Shown here: positions 1-8,959 of the stretch, piece after piece | How the letters are laid out: every line of letters begins with the position of its first letter | How positions within the stretch are numbered: position 1 is the first letter of the stretch | NCBI GenBank assembly: GCA_033762295.1 | Contig: JANRLW010000085.1 | Span: 1 to 64,000, forward strand | DNA length: 64,000 bases | Direction: 5' to 3' | DNA from: Capsulimonadales bacterium | GTDB taxonomy: Bacteria; Armatimonadota; Armatimonadia; Armatimonadales; Armatimonadaceae | Program-made: the position numbers and the translations under genes | The notes under the pieces: generated by a model | What the model was told of the DNA's origin: nothing | The model's database searches: none | The model's input: only the letters and a program-made list of their open reading frames with translations

Positions 1-72
1 GGCCCTGACGGGATACTCCCGGGTAATAAAAAAATGCGCGGTCTGCCGGACCGACGCCGTTAAGGAAAGCCC

Positions 73-933
73 TTGGAACCGACACCATTACAAGATCAAC
101 TGGCCAACATCAGCCCCGTCTGGGTCGTCGCCATCGTCGCCTTTTTTACCATGATCCGCGTCGCGCTGGCGAAGAGCAACAGCTCCTGGGCGCGAACCAT
201 CTCCGAGACCTGCGACACCATCAATTTCGTGCTTGTGCTCGCCTTTCTCCTGATCCGTCCGTTCGTCGCGCAGGCGTTCTATATTCCGTCCGAGTCGATG
301 GAAAGCACGTTGCTGGTCAAGGACCGCCTGATCGTCAACAAGTTTCAATACCGCTTCGCGAATCCGCAACGTCAGGATGTCGTCGTCTTCGAGGCGCCAC
401 CGCAAGCCACCGGCGATAAGGCGGGCGTCGATTTTATCAAACGTCTGATCGCCCTGCCCGGTGACACCATCCAGGTCAAGGCTCCGGAACTGCGCATTAA
501 CGGAGAGCCGATCGATCCGCAAGGTGAAGCGGGAAACCTGCATGATTACCTGCGAAACCGGCTCGGATTGACCGGCGACGACGCCATCAAGATCTTCCCG
601 GATCATGTTCTGGTCAACGGCAAAGTTCGATACTCCCGGGAAAAGATCGCGGAAGCGATGAATCAGCCGGGAGCGAAGATTACCCTGACACCGGGGCGGA
701 CCTATGTGAACGGCAAGGTCCAGGAGGAACCGTATACGCGGGAAGACCCGGATTACGATTTCCCCAGCGACGGCTCGGTTCTCAAACTCGCGCCCGACGA
801 GTTTTTCATGATGGGCGATAATCGGAATCGCTCGGCGGACTCTCATTACTGGGGTCCGCTCAAACGGCAGCGGGTCGTCGGGAAAGCGGTGTTCGTATTC
901 TGGCCACCCAACCGTATCGGCGCGATCAAGTAG
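73..933 (+). CDS. lepB: Signal peptidase I
   Basis: N-terminal TM segments; catalytic Ser box 'FYIPSESMESTL', Lys box 'DFIKRLIALPGD', C-terminal 'MMGDNRNRSADSHYWG'. Confidence 0.95.
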   Translation: MEPTPLQDQLANISPVWVVAIVAFFTMIRVALAKSNSSWARTISETCDTINFVLVLAFLLIRPFVAQAFYIPSESMESTLLVKDRLIVNKFQYRFANPQRQDVVVFEAPPQATGDKAGVDFIKRLIALPGDTIQVKAPELRINGEPIDPQGEAGNLHDYLRNRLGLTGDDAIKIFPDHVLVNGKVRYSREKIAEAMNQPGAKITLTPGRTYVNGKVQEEPYTREDPDYDFPSDGSVLKLAPDEFFMMGDNRNRSADSHYWGPLKRQRVVGKAVFVFWPPNRIGAIK

Positions 934-957
934 CCCGGCGAACCCCGAACGATCATT

Positions 958-994
958 CGCGACCCCGTGAGGCAATCACGGGGTCGCGTTTTTT
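958..994 (+). terminator. Rho-independent terminator after lepB
   Basis: 13-bp stem CGCGACCCCGTGA-ggcaa-TCACGGGGTCGCG followed by TTTTTT. Confidence 0.9.
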
Positions 995-1047
995 CGGAAA
1001 TATGCTATACAAATAGATACTTTATCTTCCAAATAAAGGAGAAGACC

Positions 1048-1800
1048 ATGCGTGGAATTATCCTTCCGGCGGCGACCCTGTGGCTGATGTCCTGTGCGAG
1101 CGTGGCGGCGGGCCAGGGGAAAGCGACGAACCAACCGCCGATCAAGGTTCCCCCGCTGACCACCACCGAGTTGGAGGACGGTACCGGCACTATCGGTCTG
1201 CCCACCGGGTGGCGAATTGACGGCTCGTATCGCGGCACGGTCAGTTGCAAGGGTCCGGGAGGGGCGGCGGTGGTGATGGGAATGCCCTGGGTCATTCAGC
1301 GTCCGGATCATCCGGTGACCAATATGCCGGAGGCTCCTAAAGGCCCGCGTGCGCCGGTCGGCGATCTGGCGGGCGCGCTGCGCGAGGTGCTGGCCCATAA
1401 CCAGGGTCGCCTGACCCGTCTCCGCTCGAAACCCGCTTCCTCCAACCTGCCGGGCGCGGTTCACTTCCTCTACGAATTCGAGCGTGCCGGAAAAACCATT
1501 GTCGGCATGGGTTTTTTCTCGTGTATCGGCGACCCGAACGACACCACGCTGCCCTACTGGCAGTTGTACTCCTCGGCGGTTCTGGCTCCGAGGGAGCGGT
1601 TCATGAAGGACCTGCCGACGATGATGGCGATTTGGAACTCCTGGCGTCCGAACGGAAAAAAGCCGCGCGAGGGCAGTAATGGGGCGATGATCGACGCGGT
1701 CAACGAAGCCAATCGGAAAATGCGAACGCAGAGTCTGAAGGATCAACAGGAAGCATTCGACCGCATGGCCGCCCGATGGAAAGCGGAGGTTCTGCAGTAG
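1048..1800 (+). CDS. Hypothetical exported protein
   Basis: AAGGAG RBS before ATG 1048; signal-peptide-like 'MRGIILPAATLWLMSCASVAAG'; no family recognised. Confidence 0.75.
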   Translation: MRGIILPAATLWLMSCASVAAGQGKATNQPPIKVPPLTTTELEDGTGTIGLPTGWRIDGSYRGTVSCKGPGGAAVVMGMPWVIQRPDHPVTNMPEAPKGPRAPVGDLAGALREVLAHNQGRLTRLRSKPASSNLPGAVHFLYEFERAGKTIVGMGFFSCIGDPNDTTLPYWQLYSSAVLAPRERFMKDLPTMMAIWNSWRPNGKKPREGSNGAMIDAVNEANRKMRTQSLKDQQEAFDRMAARWKAEVLQ

Positions 1801-1832
1801 CGCGGGAACCGGGGTCGGTATCGATCAGGGGA

Positions 1833-3068
1833 TCACTCTTCGTCGTTCGCGGAGGACAAAATTTCCATTGCGTTCATCCACTCGCGGAGCCGTTTCCAAT
1901 TTCTGTCGCAAATTTCCCGGTCGGGGTGTCCGTCGGGCAGGCTTTCCTTCGCGATCCGCACCGCTTCGGCGGAGAGTTTTTCCGCCTCGGCAAGCCGGTT
2001 CTGCCGTACGTACACCCCTGCCAGATTGTTGAGGCTGGTTGCGATGTTGGGATGGTTCGGTGGCAACGCCGCACGAAGTATCTCCAGTGCCTCAGTGAAG
2101 AACAGTTCCGCCTGGGCAAGTCGGTTCTGCCGTGCGTACACCCCTGCCAGATTGCTGAGGCTTTGTGCGATGTCGGGATGGTTCAGAGGCAACGCCGCAC
2201 GACGTATGCGCAGTGCCTCGTTATGATGTTGCTCCGCCTCGGCGAGTCGGTTCTGCGGTTCGTACACCGCTCCCAGATTGCTGAGGCTGGTTGCGATGTC
2301 GGGATGGTTCGGAGGCAACGCCGCACGACGTATGCGCAGTGCTTCGGTGAAATATTGCTCCGCCTCGGCATCATTTCCTGTGGCGTGGTAGGCCATTCCT
2401 AACTGATTCAGGACAAAGGTCTCGTCCGAGCGGTTGCGTTGCCCCCCCGTATCGGAACGAATCCGCGACAGGAGATTATGGAGTTCGCCAATCCGGGCAT
2501 CCCGTTCCGGTGTGGGGAATCCCTGTAAAGCGGAATAGTCCAGGTTTGCCAGTTCCCCCTGCCAGTTCCGGTGGTCGTCGGGGTCTGCCGGGAGGTTGAA
2601 GAGACCGCTCCGCACGGAAAAGAAGTCCGGCGCGGCATCGGCAATGGCTTGCAGGACAAAGAGGGGAACAAAGAAGACGACGGGGCAATCGGTCACCAGA
2701 GGGAAGGCATCCCGCGCCGCGTTCAGGTTGCGCAGCAGGGGGATGGAGCGGGGACGCACGGAACCGGAAAGCCAGTTCTCCAACCCGTAGACAAAGACCA
2801 CGTCCGGGGCGGGTTCGGGCACCTTCTCCTCGAAGACGTGGAACAGGTTGGGAACCTCCTGCGTCACCGGACAGTGCCAGATCCGCTTTGTGGGAACGCA
2901 TTGCGCCACCTCGTCGAGAAGTTGCTCCCGCTGTCCGGTAAACCCGTAAATCACAAATAATAGTGTGAAGCCCTGCGCCATCTCCAGCGAGCGACACAGG
3001 GCTTCTTTTGTCTCTTCTCCATCGGGTTCCGGGTTGAAGGGGTCGAACTCCACACCATTATCTGCCAT
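1833..3068 (-). CDS. TPR protein with N-terminal degenerate P-loop-like domain
   Basis: C-terminal 42-aa TPR repeats ('LPPNHPDIATSLSNLG..Y..QNRLAEAE'); N-terminal 'LLRNLNAARDAF..PVVFFVP..APDFFSVRSGLF' domain without an intact Walker A. Confidence 0.85.
   Translation of the reverse strand: MADNGVEFDPFNPEPDGEETKEALCRSLEMAQGFTLLFVIYGFTGQREQLLDEVAQCVPTKRIWHCPVTQEVPNLFHVFEEKVPEPAPDVVFVYGLENWLSGSVRPRSIPLLRNLNAARDAFPLVTDCPVVFFVPLFVLQAIADAAPDFFSVRSGLFNLPADPDDHRNWQGELANLDYSALQGFPTPERDARIGELHNLLSRIRSDTGGQRNRSDETFVLNQLGMAYHATGNDAEAEQYFTEALRIRRAALPPNHPDIATSLSNLGAVYEPQNRLAEAEQHHNEALRIRRAALPLNHPDIAQSLSNLAGVYARQNRLAQAELFFTEALEILRAALPPNHPNIATSLNNLAGVYVRQNRLAEAEKLSAEAVRIAKESLPDGHPDREICDRNWKRLREWMNAMEILSSANDEE
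1981..2370. repeat. 126-bp tandem repeat (about 3 units) encoding the TPR array
   Basis: TCCGCC unit starts at 1981, 2107, 2233 and 2359 (126-bp period) with high nucleotide similarity between units. Confidence 0.9.
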
Positions 3069-4484
3069 TTAATTCTCCGCAGGTGTGTTTTTCTTTGCTT
3101 CGACGGCACGCAAGAAAGGACGAAGTTTACGAACGATCGGATGAACGGCATACCACGGGAACGTATCGTTGAAAATATCTTCTTCGCCGCCGTTTATGTA
3201 CTCCATCACGTAAAGTTGTTCGAGTAAACGGCGTTCATCGGGCTTTTGCGTTTGCCACTCCTGTGTTTCACTCAGTTCGAGTTCCGCCAGTCGCTTCCAA
3301 TCTTCCTCTCCCTCCTTTGGATTGTGGAACGAGATGTTTTCGCTAACAGCCTTCTGTACGGATCTCAGGGTGATCGGGAGTTTGCGTTCCCCGTATAAGG
3401 TGGATTCACGAGCGAAACGGAGCAAATCACGAATGTGACCGCCCGAATATTCAATCATAAAGTCCAGTGCAGACGTTTCAAACGCTTTTTCGAGGGTAAG
3501 ATTGGGCGTAAGACGCTGTTCAATCAACGTTTTAAGCCGTTCGCGTCCTGCTACATAGGGAGAATGCTCGCGTCCACGCTGTTCCGTCTTCACCATAGCC
3601 AGCAAAAAGGGTTTATTCCCGTAGAGGTTGGTCAATTCCTGCTCTGCCGCCCGCATGGCGGAAAGCGCGATGGTGAAAACGCAGTGCGCCTTCAGACCGA
3701 GAAGGATGGGCGAATCGTCCACAAAGAGGGCACGTTGCGATTCATCGGTGGTTTTCCTGTCGCCATAGCCGTAAAGCCGGTCGAGACCGTCTACAATAAG
3801 AACAAAATCGGCATATTTCGCGCCGTTCTGTCTCGGCCTGCAATTACGAAGGGCCGTCCTTGCTTCGATAAAGGCGAGATTGATTTCACTGAGGAGGGTG
3901 GACGTCTTTCCCTTCAAGGCTTCGCGAACTTTTTTCCGGGCTTCCGGCGAAGTTTTCAGACGGGTGATTTTTGCTTTCGCCCCCGGTAATTCCAGTTCCG
4001 CTTCGTTGACTTCCACCTCGCTCAGCAGGTAGCCACGAAGCTCGTTCACGCGTTGAGTCAGGTATCCCTCTTTGAGGATAATACCTTCGCGTTGCTCGAA
4101 AGAGTAAGCGAGTTCGGCGACAATGGCAAGCAGAAGTTCTTCGTGGCTTGCGTCGAAATCGTCAAGGTACTCCCGCATGTCCACAAAGACAGGGAAGAAA
4201 CGTTTGTAGCCTGTGTCGGGCGTTCTTTTCTCCAGAATCCGTTGCAGTGCCTTCAACTCGGAGGATTTACCGCCGCCCACGTGCCCGGAAAAAAGATAAT
4301 GGCGGCAGTTCGGCTTTTCGGGGTCGGCTTCATCGGCCTCCGAGAGCGCAAGATGAAGTTTCCGGGCAAAGGCAACGCCACCCCGGACATCGGTGCAGTC
4401 CACATAGAAGTCTTCACCCGCCGCCTGCATCGGGTCAAAGTTTTTATGGAGAAGGGTAAGGATTTCGGACTCGGTCATAGCCAT
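3069..4484 (-). CDS. P-loop NTPase (AAA/KAP/STAND-like ATPase)
   Basis: Walker A 'SGHVGGGKS', Walker B 'LIVDGLDR', 'SGGHIRDLL' motif, C-terminal 'WYAVHPIV'; stop codon abuts the TPR gene start. Confidence 0.85.
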   Translation of the reverse strand: MAMTESEILTLLHKNFDPMQAAGEDFYVDCTDVRGGVAFARKLHLALSEADEADPEKPNCRHYLFSGHVGGGKSSELKALQRILEKRTPDTGYKRFFPVFVDMREYLDDFDASHEELLLAIVAELAYSFEQREGIILKEGYLTQRVNELRGYLLSEVEVNEAELELPGAKAKITRLKTSPEARKKVREALKGKTSTLLSEINLAFIEARTALRNCRPRQNGAKYADFVLIVDGLDRLYGYGDRKTTDESQRALFVDDSPILLGLKAHCVFTIALSAMRAAEQELTNLYGNKPFLLAMVKTEQRGREHSPYVAGRERLKTLIEQRLTPNLTLEKAFETSALDFMIEYSGGHIRDLLRFARESTLYGERKLPITLRSVQKAVSENISFHNPKEGEEDWKRLAELELSETQEWQTQKPDERRLLEQLYVMEYINGGEEDIFNDTFPWYAVHPIVRKLRPFLRAVEAKKNTPAEN

Positions 4485-4539
4485 ATCGAAACCTCTCGCA
4501 ATTCCGGGTTCCGGCTGTGCGGATTATACCATTCGGGTC

Positions 4540-6279
4540 TTACGGCAGAATCTCCCGCCAGTGCGGCGTGATTCCGCCCCCCTTCACATTCGTCTGAAAC
4601 GCGGCGAGCCGCTCCGGGTTTTCACGGACCTCCGCGGGATCGGCCAGATCGTGGCGCACGCAGTAGGCCGCCAGCGCGCCCGCCACCTCGCCGATCAGCC
4701 ATTCCGTCGGATGCATACGCGCCGAAGCCATCGCGAGACGGGTCGCGCCGATATTCTTGGCCGCCGGAAGGACATTGACCGGACCGCTTTCGGTCAGAAA
4801 CGCTCCCAGCGGAATATGGTACGGCAACGCGGGAAACAGCAGCGGCGGTTCGCCTTTCGCCGGATGGATATCGACCGCATAAAGGGCGCACCCCACCGAG
4901 TCCGGGAACTCCGCCCCCCACTTCGCTCCCGGACGCTCCGGCGACGCCACCAGATGGTTCTCGTTCAGAACAAAACGCGCCTTAAGACGGCGGGATTCCC
5001 GCACGTACGGATGAATCGCCATCCCGTCCGCGTCGACTCCGGGCACGGTCTCTCCGGTCACCGGCTGCATCTCCGGGTAACCGACCCCCTTCCCGTCGTC
5101 GCGCGGACACTCCGTCTGTAACCAGTGCAAAAAGCCCTGTGCGAACGCCCGCCCCCGCTCCAGCACGCGTACCTGCTCCTCCGGCGTTCGACCCAGGTAC
5201 GCCTCCTCATGGAAATCGTTGCCGCGCCAGTTGATCAGCGCGATATCGCCTGCGGGGGACGACGGACGCCCCCGAAAGTTGGACGAGGCGACCAGCCGTC
5301 GATAGGTCCAGAAAGGTCCGGCGGCGTTCGGCGCTTTGGTCAATACCTTGTACGGAACCGTGCCGCGCGCGTCGGAGTAGACGTAATCCAGGGTGTAGTC
5401 GCCAAAGGATCGGAAGTACGCATACTCCGCGGGCGGCGGGACGCGATCCGCGGGCGGCGCGGCCTCCCAGCGGGTCAGGAAGCAGTAGGTAAAACTCTGG
5501 ATTCGCTGAGGATGCGGTTCCGGCGGCGCGTGCGGTTCGGAGTACGCTCCCTGCGGTTCCTGTCCGTAAACGGTCGGCAATCCCGCCACCTCGAGCAGTT
5601 GTCCGTCCTCGGTCGCGTCCAGAAAAAACCGCGCGCCGATGCGGGTGACCGCGCCGGAGTCGAGATCGACGATATCGGCATAGTTCACCCGGCCGTTCGC
5701 CAGGGGCGTCACTCCGAGCAGGGCATGCCGCCGATAGATCCGCCGGATTCTGCCGGCGGAGACCAGCGGGAAAAGCCGCTCCTCGATCGCGCGTTCCCAG
5801 ACGTCCGGCGTCCCGGACACCCGGCTGACCCAGCAGGAGCCGATACAGTTTTCCCGCCCCGGAATCACCTCCGACTGATTCCGATAATGAGCGCGCACCT
5901 GGGCGCGCAGGGCGCGGTAGTTCTCGGTAGACGGCCCGAAATGTTTTTCGATATGCGAGTTTTCATCGGGAACGGGAACCAGTTGCGCCGTGAACTGTCC
6001 GCCGAGCATACGGGTGGGTTCGACCAGGATGACGGAAACGCCGCGCAGGGCGGCCGCTTCCGCCGCCGCCACTCCTCCGGTTCCCCCACCGATGATCAGC
6101 ACATCGCAGGTCGGTCCCGTATCGGTCGGACGGGGAGCGGCAGCGACGACACGCCGCTTCTCAATATCGAGAACCCGGCGGGCCGGAGTCGGCGGACCGG
6201 CGTCCGCAGGAGGAACAGGGGTTTGGACCATGGAAAGCGTACCGGCGACCAGTAGGGCGCAAAGACAGGCAGGGATCAT
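4540..6279 (-). CDS. Exported FAD-dependent oxidoreductase (FAD_oxidored-like)
   Basis: Signal-like N-terminus; 'DVLIIGGGTGGVAAA' Rossmann motif, 'FLDATEDG', 'PYVRESRRL', 'SARMHPTEW'. Confidence 0.85.
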   Translation of the reverse strand: MIPACLCALLVAGTLSMVQTPVPPADAGPPTPARRVLDIEKRRVVAAAPRPTDTGPTCDVLIIGGGTGGVAAAEAAALRGVSVILVEPTRMLGGQFTAQLVPVPDENSHIEKHFGPSTENYRALRAQVRAHYRNQSEVIPGRENCIGSCWVSRVSGTPDVWERAIEERLFPLVSAGRIRRIYRRHALLGVTPLANGRVNYADIVDLDSGAVTRIGARFFLDATEDGQLLEVAGLPTVYGQEPQGAYSEPHAPPEPHPQRIQSFTYCFLTRWEAAPPADRVPPPAEYAYFRSFGDYTLDYVYSDARGTVPYKVLTKAPNAAGPFWTYRRLVASSNFRGRPSSPAGDIALINWRGNDFHEEAYLGRTPEEQVRVLERGRAFAQGFLHWLQTECPRDDGKGVGYPEMQPVTGETVPGVDADGMAIHPYVRESRRLKARFVLNENHLVASPERPGAKWGAEFPDSVGCALYAVDIHPAKGEPPLLFPALPYHIPLGAFLTESGPVNVLPAAKNIGATRLAMASARMHPTEWLIGEVAGALAAYCVRHDLADPAEVRENPERLAAFQTNVKGGGITPHWREILP

Positions 6280-6355
6280 TCCTGCCTATTGTACCTCCGT
6301 ACCCGCCTTCTCGTTACCGGAGAAGGCGGGACGGTCCGGCGGGAAGTCGAGATTT

Positions 6356-7009
6356 CTAACCCGGACCGGCGGTCAAACTGGACAGAATTTGACCGAATCC
6401 GGGTGAAAGACTCGCCCAATCCGTTTCCGCGCAGCGCAACACCCCGACCAGACGACGTTCGCCGGACAGCACGGTCGCCCGGTATCCGTGCACCTTGTAT
6501 TTGAAGATGCCGTCCGCCTTCTCGGCGGTAAATTCGGAAACGCGGCCTTCACCCATTCCGCACCGCAGCATCTGGCTCGGTTTCTCTTCATAGTTCTGAT
6601 ACTTTTTCGCCAGGGAGTTTTTGGCGGCCAGGTGCAGTTTATCGATGACGGGAATGGTCTTCGGCAGGCTGGCCTGCATTCCTTCCGGCAGCATCCCGGC
6701 GACGTTCTCGACCTGGGCGTTATTAGCGCGCCCGATATCGGCCATCAAGGACCCCTGAAGATCGGCGGTCAGGCTGACCTGCGCCGTTCCCTGTTCGAAG
6801 ACCACACTGCTCTGCATTCCGCCCTGGACGCCTGCCTCCGATTTCTTCCATCCGTCGGGGCCTTTGCCGGCAAAGGTTCGATCGGGCGAAACGAAATCCT
6901 GGAACGCTTTCGGCGCCGGGATGGGTTCGGGTCCGCCGCAACCCGCCAGCCACATCAAAACGGGAATGGCGACGGCTGGTGAAATAAAACGTTTTACTTT
7001 GTCGATCAT
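6356..7009 (-). CDS. Hypothetical lipoprotein (paralog of the 17107-18099 C-terminal domain)
   Basis: Lipobox 'WLAGC' after a hydrophobic stretch; AAGGA RBS; motifs shared with 17107-18099. Confidence 0.75.
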   Translation of the reverse strand: MIDKVKRFISPAVAIPVLMWLAGCGGPEPIPAPKAFQDFVSPDRTFAGKGPDGWKKSEAGVQGGMQSSVVFEQGTAQVSLTADLQGSLMADIGRANNAQVENVAGMLPEGMQASLPKTIPVIDKLHLAAKNSLAKKYQNYEEKPSQMLRCGMGEGRVSEFTAEKADGIFKYKVHGYRATVLSGERRLVGVLRCAETDWASLSPGFGQILSSLTAGPG

Positions 7010-7349
7010 ATGGCTTCCTTTTCGATTGAAATGAGCCTTAAAAAGAATAAATTTGTCGCTTTTACTGAATCCCCTGAAGCACCCTCGGCATATTTCTTGC
7101 CTTTCCCCGGGATAGGACGAAACGCAAACGTTCGGTTCCGGAATTTCAGACACCGGCCCCCTGCAAAGGTCGCCGTCCGTGGTCCGTTTTTGCGAACAGG
7201 TATTTTCACCAGTTTCTTTTCGGACCTCTCCATACCCGTCAGGATTCTGACCATAAATCTATTGGTATGGTCCCTTTTTACCTACATAATTGGGGGCAAA
7301 GCGTTTCTCGACACTGACAAATGTAGCGAAAATAGACGGACAAAGTTAA

Positions 7350-8828
7350 ATGGTATATGCACAAGATCGGGCCGCCGCCACAGATTCCGTACCTTTGCCG
7401 GTGAAACGGACGAGACCAAAAGGGCAGCTATCCCCCCCTGCGTCGCCGAGGACGAACTCTTCGAACACGAGCGGAGCGCCACCGACGGCGCCGTCCGCTC
7501 TACCCGTACACGTTTCCGAAATCCCCGCGTCGCTGCGAAACCTCGCCCAGTGGATCGTCTGGGAGGCCGACTGGTATGAGGAGGGCAGTTTCGGCGGAGG
7601 ACGCCGCCTGCGCATGGTGCCGTGCCATCCGAAAACCGGTCTGCCCGTTTCCACCGTCAGCGTTTCCGAACGGTTCGACTTCGATACCGTTCTGACCGCC
7701 TACACCGAAGGCAGATTCGACGGCATCGGCTTCCTCCTGACCGAGAAGGATCCGGTGGTCGCCATCCGTATCGGGGACGCACTGAGCGGCGACGGTCTTC
7801 CCCGGCTGGACGACGCGCGCGCGCTGCGGCTCCTGGACGGCTACTCGGAAAGATCGCCGGACGGACTCGGGCTGACCATTCTGGTTCACGGTCACCTGCC
7901 GCCGGGAGGCTGCCGCCGCGAACTGATCGAGTTAGCCGAAACGGAAACCTTTATCCCGATCACCGGATGGCGTCTGCCCGACTCCCGAAAGGAGATCGGC
8001 GAACAGCAGGCAGCGCTCGAACAGTACCATACCGAACTCTTTCCCGCCCCGCCCAAACGGTTCGTCCCGGAGTCCGTGCCGCTGCCTCTGAGCGACGAGG
8101 ACGTGCTGCGCACGGCGTTCGACGCCTCCAACGGGGCGCGGATTCGGCAACTGTACCGCGGCGATACCAGCATCATCCCCGGAGGACGGAACGCCGCCGA
8201 CCTCGCCCTCTGTTCGATGCTCGGTTTCTTCACCGGGAACGATGCCGCCCGTCTCGACCGGCTCTTCCGTGGCTCGACCCTGTTCCGTCCGAAATGGGAC
8301 ACCATCGTTTACAGCAACGGAAAGACGTACGGTGAATTGACGGTCGCCAAGGCGCTCGAAGGGTGCCTGGTCTTCCACAGTTATCCCGTGCATCCGCCCT
8401 TTGCGGTCGCCGCGCCCAGTCCCGAACCGCTTTCCGATCGTCCGCAGAAATCCCGCCGGAAACCGGAGGAGCGGTCCGCCGAACCGGAATGTGCGCCGGA
8501 AACGTTTCCCTACTCGGCCTCCGTCTCCGGTCCGCTCCCCGGTATCTCGCCTGGCATCCCCACCGTTTCCACCGCTTCCCCGATGATGCTTCCGGTCGGA
8601 ATCAGTGAAAACGTCAACCCGATCGTCTTCGCCGAACAGATGGGGCGTGCCGAAGGATTGGCCCAGCGTGAGGCGGTGCTGAACGCCCGCGAGGCGGCTC
8701 ACCTGCTGAAAATCTCCCCGAAACTGCTACGCCGTACGGTCAAGCCGTGGCGACGGTTCGGCGGTTCGCCGGCCGGAGATCGGTGGCTTCTGTCCGATCT
8801 GCTTTCAAAGATCAACTCCGCGGCCTGA
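7350..8828 (+). CDS. NrS-1-like AEP primase-polymerase homolog (catalytically degenerate) with helical bundle domain and C-terminal HTH
   Basis: 'IPASLRNLAQWIVW', 'FDGIGFLLTEKDP', 'YSERSPDGLGL' scaffold; HBD 'ADLALCSMLGFFTGNDAARLDRLFRGSTLFRPKWD..TYGELTVAKA'; HTH 'VLNAREAAHLLKISPKLLRR'. Confidence 0.8.
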   Translation: MVYAQDRAAATDSVPLPVKRTRPKGQLSPPASPRTNSSNTSGAPPTAPSALPVHVSEIPASLRNLAQWIVWEADWYEEGSFGGGRRLRMVPCHPKTGLPVSTVSVSERFDFDTVLTAYTEGRFDGIGFLLTEKDPVVAIRIGDALSGDGLPRLDDARALRLLDGYSERSPDGLGLTILVHGHLPPGGCRRELIELAETETFIPITGWRLPDSRKEIGEQQAALEQYHTELFPAPPKRFVPESVPLPLSDEDVLRTAFDASNGARIRQLYRGDTSIIPGGRNAADLALCSMLGFFTGNDAARLDRLFRGSTLFRPKWDTIVYSNGKTYGELTVAKALEGCLVFHSYPVHPPFAVAAPSPEPLSDRPQKSRRKPEERSAEPECAPETFPYSASVSGPLPGISPGIPTVSTASPMMLPVGISENVNPIVFAEQMGRAEGLAQREAVLNAREAAHLLKISPKLLRRTVKPWRRFGGSPAGDRWLLSDLLSKINSAA

Positions 8829-8860
8829 TGTCTGAGATATCGTCCGAAAAAAGGTTCATG

Positions 8861-8897
8861 AAAAAGGTCCGGAAGCCAGCGGCTTCCGGACCTTTTT
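8861..8897. terminator. Bidirectional intrinsic terminator between convergent genes
   Basis: AAAAAGGTCCGGAAGCC-agc-GGCTTCCGGACCTTTTT. Confidence 0.9.
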
Positions 8898-8959
8898 AAC
8901 ACCTCGTTTTTCGACCCCGCGATCGGTTCGCTCGCCGTGGAGCGCGCGGCGAAGCGGGA

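Noticed and set aside
7010..8900. Prophage or integrated plasmid around the primpol-like gene
   Set aside because: No integrase, helicase, structural genes, tRNA target or att-like direct repeats seen.
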